DNA of 64,000 bases, taken from positions 54,900 to 118,899 of the forward strand of contig CAURNJ010000002.1 in assembly GCA_963526345.1 (NCBI GenBank), read 5' to 3'. A program made the translations under genes and the position numbers. The DNA comes from an uncultured Porphyromonadaceae bacterium (GTDB taxonomy: Bacteria > Bacteroidota > Bacteroidia > Bacteroidales > Porphyromonadaceae). This document shows, one piece after another, positions 59,049-64,000 of this stretch; positions within the stretch are counted from its first letter, which is position 1; each line of letters begins with the position of its first letter. The notes under the pieces are model-generated. The model was given only the letters and a program-made list of their open reading frames with translations. It did not search any database and had not been told where the DNA came from.

Positions 59049-62039
59049 ATGATAGAAACTATACAAAGCGTGGATACCTCGCTGCGGCGATTACTCCTCT
59101 CATCGACCTTGGTTCTCACCTCGGTCAGCCTCTTTGCCCAGAGCGTGAGCGTCAAGGGCACCGTGACTGATCCAGCTGGTGAGCCCATCATCGGGGCGAC
59201 CATCCTCGAGAAGGGTACGACCAATGGTACCATGACCGATGCCAAGGGGCACTTCGTCCTCAAGGCTAAGAATCCTAAGGCTACGATCCGTGTGAGCTAC
59301 CTCGGCTACAAGCCCCTTGAGGTAGCCCTCGACGGTCGCCGCGAGATCAAGATCGTCCTCACCGAAGACGCCGCTACACTCAATGAGGTCGTTGTCGTCG
59401 GCTATGGCACGATGGGCAAGAAGGAGCTGACCTCCGCTGTCACCCACGTCTCCTCCAAAAACTTCTCTCAGATGGCTACCGTCGACCCCTCGATGATGAT
59501 CCAGGGGAAGGTCGCTGGCGTGAGCATCACGAATACTGGATCAGGGGACCCCAACAATCAGGCAAGCATCCAGGTGCGTGGGGTCTCCTCCCGTGCTGCA
59601 GGCCTTGGCCCACTCATCGTCATCGACGGAGTGCCTGGTGGGAACCTGACGAACCTCAACCCCAACGATATTGAGAGCTTCGACATCCTCAAAGACGGAG
59701 CTGCCAGTGCTATCTATGGTACGCGCGGCTCCAATGGGGTCATCCTCGTGACGACTAAGAAGGGCACCCGTGACGGCAACCTCCACACGACCTACACGGG
59801 TACGGTCTCCTTCGACGTCATCAAGCGCGAGCTCGATATGCTCAGTGCTGATGAGTATCGTGCGAACCGCTTGGCCTCGGGCATCGGCTACGACCTCGGG
59901 GGCAGTGTCGACTGGCTCGATGCGGTGAGCCGTATCGGGGCACGCACCCAGCACTCGCTCAGCCTCAGCGGTGGTAGTGCTCGCTCGAACTATCGTGTGT
60001 CGGCTGACTACCGCAGTGCCAATGGTATCGATCTCTATTCGGGTCGTGAGGAATATGGTGCGCGTGTCGCGCTGAACCACACGGCAAAGGGTGGTCTCAT
60101 CACCTTCTCGCTGAATGTCGCTCCCCGCGTCGTCTACCGCAAGAATGCTTCTTGGGATGTCTTCCGCAATGCTGTCGAGGCTAACCCCACGACGCCTATC
60201 ATGGACCCCAAGGATCCTTCGCTCTACTACAACCTCAAGGGTCAGACTGCTGGCTACAATTCGCTCGAGCTCCTGAAGAAGGAGAAGAACACGGGGACGA
60301 CGAAGCTCCTCGACTGGGACGGTATCGTCAAGCTCAACCTCCTGCCTCTGCTCCTGAATAAGGAGGATCGTCAGACGCTGACCACGCAGCTGACCTTCGC
60401 TGACCACCAGTATGACAACTACAATCAGTGGTTCCGCCCCTCGACGAGCACGCTGGCGATCAATGCCGGTCGTGAAGGTGAGGCCTCGCAGGACTACTCG
60501 AAGAGTGCTATACGTACCCTCGAGTGGGTCACGAACTACGCCAACTCCTTCGGCAATCACAACTTCAAGGTGATGGCAGGGTACTCCTATCAGTATGAGC
60601 AGTACTCAGGGCTGAACGCTGCGAATAAGGACTTCCCCAACGATGCACTCGAGGACAACAACCTCGGTAGCGGTACTTACGCTAAGGATGAAGGGGAGCT
60701 TGGTATGGGGTCCTATAAGAATGACTCCAAACTCATCTCCTTCTTCGGTCGTGTGAGCTACGACTGGAAGGGTCGCTATATGCTGACGGCTTCACTCCGT
60801 CACGAAGGCTCGTCGAAGTTCGGTGAGCACCACAAGTGGGGGAACTTCCCCGCTATCTCTGCTGGCTGGCGTATCTCTGACGAAGCCTTCATGGCTGGGA
60901 CGAAGAGCTGGCTCACGGACCTCAAGCTTCGTGGTGACTTCGGTATCACGGGGAACCAGTCCTTCGACAGCTATCGCTCGCTCAACACGATGTCGGGCTT
61001 CGGCTACTACCTATATAATGGTAAGTACTATCAGGTATGGGGACCTGGCAAGAACGTCAACCCTGACCTGCGCTGGGAGAAGGGACTGAACTGGAACATC
61101 GGTCTCGACTGGACGCTCTTCGGTGGTGACCTCTACGGCTCCTTCAACTACTACAGCCGTAAGCAGCAGGACCTCCTCGGTGACTACAATGTCTCGGTGC
61201 CTCCCTATCTCTTCACCTCGACCTTCGTCAACGTAGGTACGATGCGCAATAGCGGCTTCGAATTCGACCTCACGTGGAATGCCGTCAAGACGAAGGACTT
61301 CACCTACACGATCAATGTCATCGGGGCTACGATGAGCAATAAGTTCGTGGACTTCAGCAATGATAAGTTCGTCGGGCAGGACTACTACGACGTCGTCAGC
61401 ACGGAGGACCCCTATCCCTTCCACAACCTACAGCGTATCGAGAAGGGCAAGCGTATCGGGAACTTCTACATGCTGAAGTATGCTGGGGTAGATCCTCAGG
61501 GGCGCTGGGTCGTCTACGACAAGGACGGCGACAAGGTCCTTGCCGATAATGCTACCGACGATGACCGCCAGTATGTGGGCAATGGCTTGCCTCAGTTCAC
61601 CGGCTCGATGACCCATACCCTACGCTACAAGAATATCGATGCCTCGCTCTTCTTCCAGACGGCACTCGGCTTCGACCTCTTCAATATCCACGACTTCTAC
61701 TACGGGACGCGGAACTTCCAGGGCAATGTGATGGACAAGGCTTATAGCAAGAATAAGATCGTCTCGCAGAACCCCATCGTCTCCGACTACTTCCTCGAGC
61801 CCGGGGACTACCTCAAGCTCTCTTCGGTCAGCCTCGGCTATACGCTGAATCTGAAGAAGAAGTACATCGATGCTGTACGCATCTACGCTACGGCGAGCAA
61901 CCTCTTTACCATCACCAAGTTCTCAGGTATCGACCCCTCGAACTATCAGGTCAATGGGCTGAACCCTGGGGCTACGGGCTCCCGCTCGTACTACCCCTCG
62001 ACCCGTCAGTTCATGATCGGTACGCAGGTGAACTTCTAA
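59049..62039 (+). CDS. susC: SusC/RagA family TonB-dependent transporter
   Basis: CarboxypepD-like N-terminus, VVVGYG, PLIVIDGVP, DILKDGAASAIYGTRGSNGVILVTTK, C-terminal F. Confidence 0.96.
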   Translation: MIETIQSVDTSLRRLLLSSTLVLTSVSLFAQSVSVKGTVTDPAGEPIIGATILEKGTTNGTMTDAKGHFVLKAKNPKATIRVSYLGYKPLEVALDGRREIKIVLTEDAATLNEVVVVGYGTMGKKELTSAVTHVSSKNFSQMATVDPSMMIQGKVAGVSITNTGSGDPNNQASIQVRGVSSRAAGLGPLIVIDGVPGGNLTNLNPNDIESFDILKDGAASAIYGTRGSNGVILVTTKKGTRDGNLHTTYTGTVSFDVIKRELDMLSADEYRANRLASGIGYDLGGSVDWLDAVSRIGARTQHSLSLSGGSARSNYRVSADYRSANGIDLYSGREEYGARVALNHTAKGGLITFSLNVAPRVVYRKNASWDVFRNAVEANPTTPIMDPKDPSLYYNLKGQTAGYNSLELLKKEKNTGTTKLLDWDGIVKLNLLPLLLNKEDRQTLTTQLTFADHQYDNYNQWFRPSTSTLAINAGREGEASQDYSKSAIRTLEWVTNYANSFGNHNFKVMAGYSYQYEQYSGLNAANKDFPNDALEDNNLGSGTYAKDEGELGMGSYKNDSKLISFFGRVSYDWKGRYMLTASLRHEGSSKFGEHHKWGNFPAISAGWRISDEAFMAGTKSWLTDLKLRGDFGITGNQSFDSYRSLNTMSGFGYYLYNGKYYQVWGPGKNVNPDLRWEKGLNWNIGLDWTLFGGDLYGSFNYYSRKQQDLLGDYNVSVPPYLFTSTFVNVGTMRNSGFEFDLTWNAVKTKDFTYTINVIGATMSNKFVDFSNDKFVGQDYYDVVSTEDPYPFHNLQRIEKGKRIGNFYMLKYAGVDPQGRWVVYDKDGDKVLADNATDDDRQYVGNGLPQFTGSMTHTLRYKNIDASLFFQTALGFDLFNIHDFYYGTRNFQGNVMDKAYSKNKIVSQNPIVSDYFLEPGDYLKLSSVSLGYTLNLKKKYIDAVRIYATASNLFTITKFSGIDPSNYQVNGLNPGATGSRSYYPSTRQFMIGTQVNF

Positions 62040-62084
62040 TCTACTGATGGACATCACTGTCTGTGACATCATACAGAGTAAGCA

Positions 62085-63824
62085 ATGAGAAGGACAATGA
62101 AATATATGGCAGGTGCGCTCGTCGCTGCCAGCCTCGTGGGATGTACTAACCTGGACGAGAATCTCTACGATCAGGTCGCCTCACAGAACTACTATAATAC
62201 GAAGTCGGACGTCATCCGTGCCGTCTTCCGCCCCTTCGAGCACGCCTTCTGGAGCGTGCAGAGCCGCCACGTGCTCAATGAAGAGTCCGCTGACCAGCTC
62301 ATCACCCCCACCCGCGAAGACTGGTGGGATGATGGTGGACGCTGGGCGCGTATGCACCGCCATGAGTGGCTCACGACCAACGGCGAAGCCCAGACGGAGT
62401 ACAATGGTTGCTTCCAGGGGATCATGCAGGCCAACCTCGTGATCGAGGACCTTGAGCAGCGCTCAGCCGCAAAGTTCGGGTTCTCCGATGCGGAGTTCAA
62501 GAACCTCAAGGCGCAGAATAGAGTGCTGCGTGCGTGGTTCTACCTCCGTCTGTTGGACGCCTTCCGCAACGTCCCTCTGGCGGTGAGCTACTATGATACG
62601 AGCAAGAACTCCACGGGTCAGGTAGAGCCTCGCAAGGTCTATGACTTCATCGAGTCTGAGCTGAAGGCCGCCCTGCCCGAGCTGACTCGCAAGACGTCTC
62701 TCGGTGGCAATCAGGCTATCCAAGGGCAGTGGACGCAGGCCAGTGCCGCAGCCCTCTTGGTGCGCCTCTACCTCAATGCGAAGGTCTACATCGGTGAAGA
62801 TCACTACACCGAGTGTGCGCAGTACGCTCAGGATATCCTCGACGGCAAGTACGGCTTATACAAGGTCGCTGACCGCTGGGATGCAGCCTTCGACTGGGAT
62901 AACCAGACTTCTGATGAAGTCATCTTCGCCTTCCCGGCCTCAGCGGGTCGTACACACTGGCACTACTCTGGTGATATGTACTGGTGGTCTGTCCCCTCTA
63001 AGGCCAGTGACTGGCTCAAGGATACTAAGAACAAGGTCGGTACGCACAACATCAAGTACTCAGCTTCTCCCAGCTACAACCCCAAGGGTGAGAAATACAC
63101 CTATGAGCTGGGTATGCCTATCGAGCGCTTCAAGCAATATCCCTCCGATGTCCGCCTGAAGATGTACACGAACCTCGGTAACAACCGCCGCGAAGGGCTC
63201 TTCATCTTCGGCAAGATCTCCTACACGGATGACAAGGGGCAGACGGCTTACCTCAAGGATCACAACGGCCGCTACACGCTTGACCTGCGTGATGCCATAG
63301 GGAAGTTCGGCGGTACCGATGGGAATAAGTGGCTCGCTACGTCTGAGAGCCGTCTGGAGGACGGGGACGATAACTCTGGCTGGATGTTCGCCAAGTATCC
63401 TCTCTACTCTGATGATGAGTCGGGACAGCTCGAGGCAGACTATTGTGAGATCCGCCTGCCCGAGATCATCTACAGCCTCGCCGAATGCAAGCTCCGCAGT
63501 GGTGATGCCACCACAGCAGCTCAGCTACTGAATAGCGTCCGTAAGCGTAACTATCCCTCTGCCGACTGGTCGACGGCACTCTACGCCCCCGAGGGTACAG
63601 CACAGCTCGATCTCAAGGAAATGCTCGCTGAATGGGGCCGTGAGTTCTTCGCCGAAGGACGTCGCCGTATCGACCTCATTCGCTTCGGGAAGTTCCTCGA
63701 TGCTTGGTGGGATAAGAAGGCCGATGCAGATAACCACACGCTCATCTTCCCACTTCACCGAGATATCCTTGGGGCTAACCGCAAGCTCAAGCAGAACCCT
63801 GGCTACAACTCCACTACACACTAA
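62085..63824 (+). CDS. susD: SusD/RagB family lipoprotein
   Basis: Lipobox LVGC, RAWFYLRLLDAF, IRLPEIIYSLAE, EFFAEGRRRIDLIRFG, QNPGY. Confidence 0.95.
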   Translation: MRRTMKYMAGALVAASLVGCTNLDENLYDQVASQNYYNTKSDVIRAVFRPFEHAFWSVQSRHVLNEESADQLITPTREDWWDDGGRWARMHRHEWLTTNGEAQTEYNGCFQGIMQANLVIEDLEQRSAAKFGFSDAEFKNLKAQNRVLRAWFYLRLLDAFRNVPLAVSYYDTSKNSTGQVEPRKVYDFIESELKAALPELTRKTSLGGNQAIQGQWTQASAAALLVRLYLNAKVYIGEDHYTECAQYAQDILDGKYGLYKVADRWDAAFDWDNQTSDEVIFAFPASAGRTHWHYSGDMYWWSVPSKASDWLKDTKNKVGTHNIKYSASPSYNPKGEKYTYELGMPIERFKQYPSDVRLKMYTNLGNNRREGLFIFGKISYTDDKGQTAYLKDHNGRYTLDLRDAIGKFGGTDGNKWLATSESRLEDGDDNSGWMFAKYPLYSDDESGQLEADYCEIRLPEIIYSLAECKLRSGDATTAAQLLNSVRKRNYPSADWSTALYAPEGTAQLDLKEMLAEWGREFFAEGRRRIDLIRFGKFLDAWWDKKADADNHTLIFPLHRDILGANRKLKQNPGYNSTTH

Positions 63825-63854
63825 GGTGCAATCTCTAAAGCACACAGATTAGAC

Positions 63855-64000
63855 ATGAACAGAATATTCAAGTATGGGATATGGGCTCTCGCTGTACTCG
63901 CCATCCCAGCAGTCCTCCAGTCATGCCATGATGACAAGGACATCGTAGTCATCGACGAGGAGCTCCCTCTCAAGGTCGACCATCTCTATATGGTAGGTGA
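63855..64000 (+). CDS. SusE/SusF-like surface glycan-binding lipoprotein (partial)
   Basis: Manual translation MNRIFKYGIWALAVLAIPAVLQSCHDDKDIVVIDEELPLKVDHLYMVG; lipobox LQSC and the LYMVG motif of SusE/F domains. Confidence 0.75.
   Translation, partial: MNRIFKYGIWALAVLAIPAVLQSCHDDKDIVVIDEELPLKVDHLYMVG

Overview
Bacteroidota (very likely Porphyromonas) chromosomal window with four blocks. (1) 1-25.2 kb, minus strand: an operon that looks like a multi-component polymorphic-toxin system. It encodes a 1497-aa secreted protein, an FN3-repeat protein, a SprB-repeat/T9SS-CTD protein, and a TANFOR/FN3-zincin-nuclease toxin with a DUF600-like immunity gene. These are followed by a second short-form toxin with a REase-fold tip, an orphan tip, two chimeric immunity genes, a PKD lipoprotein and an outer-membrane barrel (partial). 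A tRNA-Ser-like att scar follows at 25.8 kb. (2) Core genes ftsH-cdsA-GHL10. (3) An 18.7-kb prophage remnant in tRNA-Arg(CCT), bounded by a 13-bp att repeat (30521-30533 / 49258-49270). It keeps only putative terS/ejection genes and a 5383-aa polyvalent protein (BECR-type nucleases, ParB-like, N6-MTase, SNF2, MuF-C, zincin) that is truncated at the att site. Inside this giant ORF, each nuclease-like domain is followed by an antisense sigma-A promoter box plus a long stem-closed RNA structure; a fifth such cassette has no adjacent domain. This suggests embedded antisense RNA antitoxin/regulator cassettes. (4) Core genes (PorT-like barrel, LysM protein, cobT, cobU, mfd) and the start of a SusR-like/SusC/SusD/SusE-F polysaccharide utilisation locus. 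Three intergenic arrays of a 14-bp palindrome with a 22-23-bp period are also present. All domain calls are by-eye motif recognition, not database searches.
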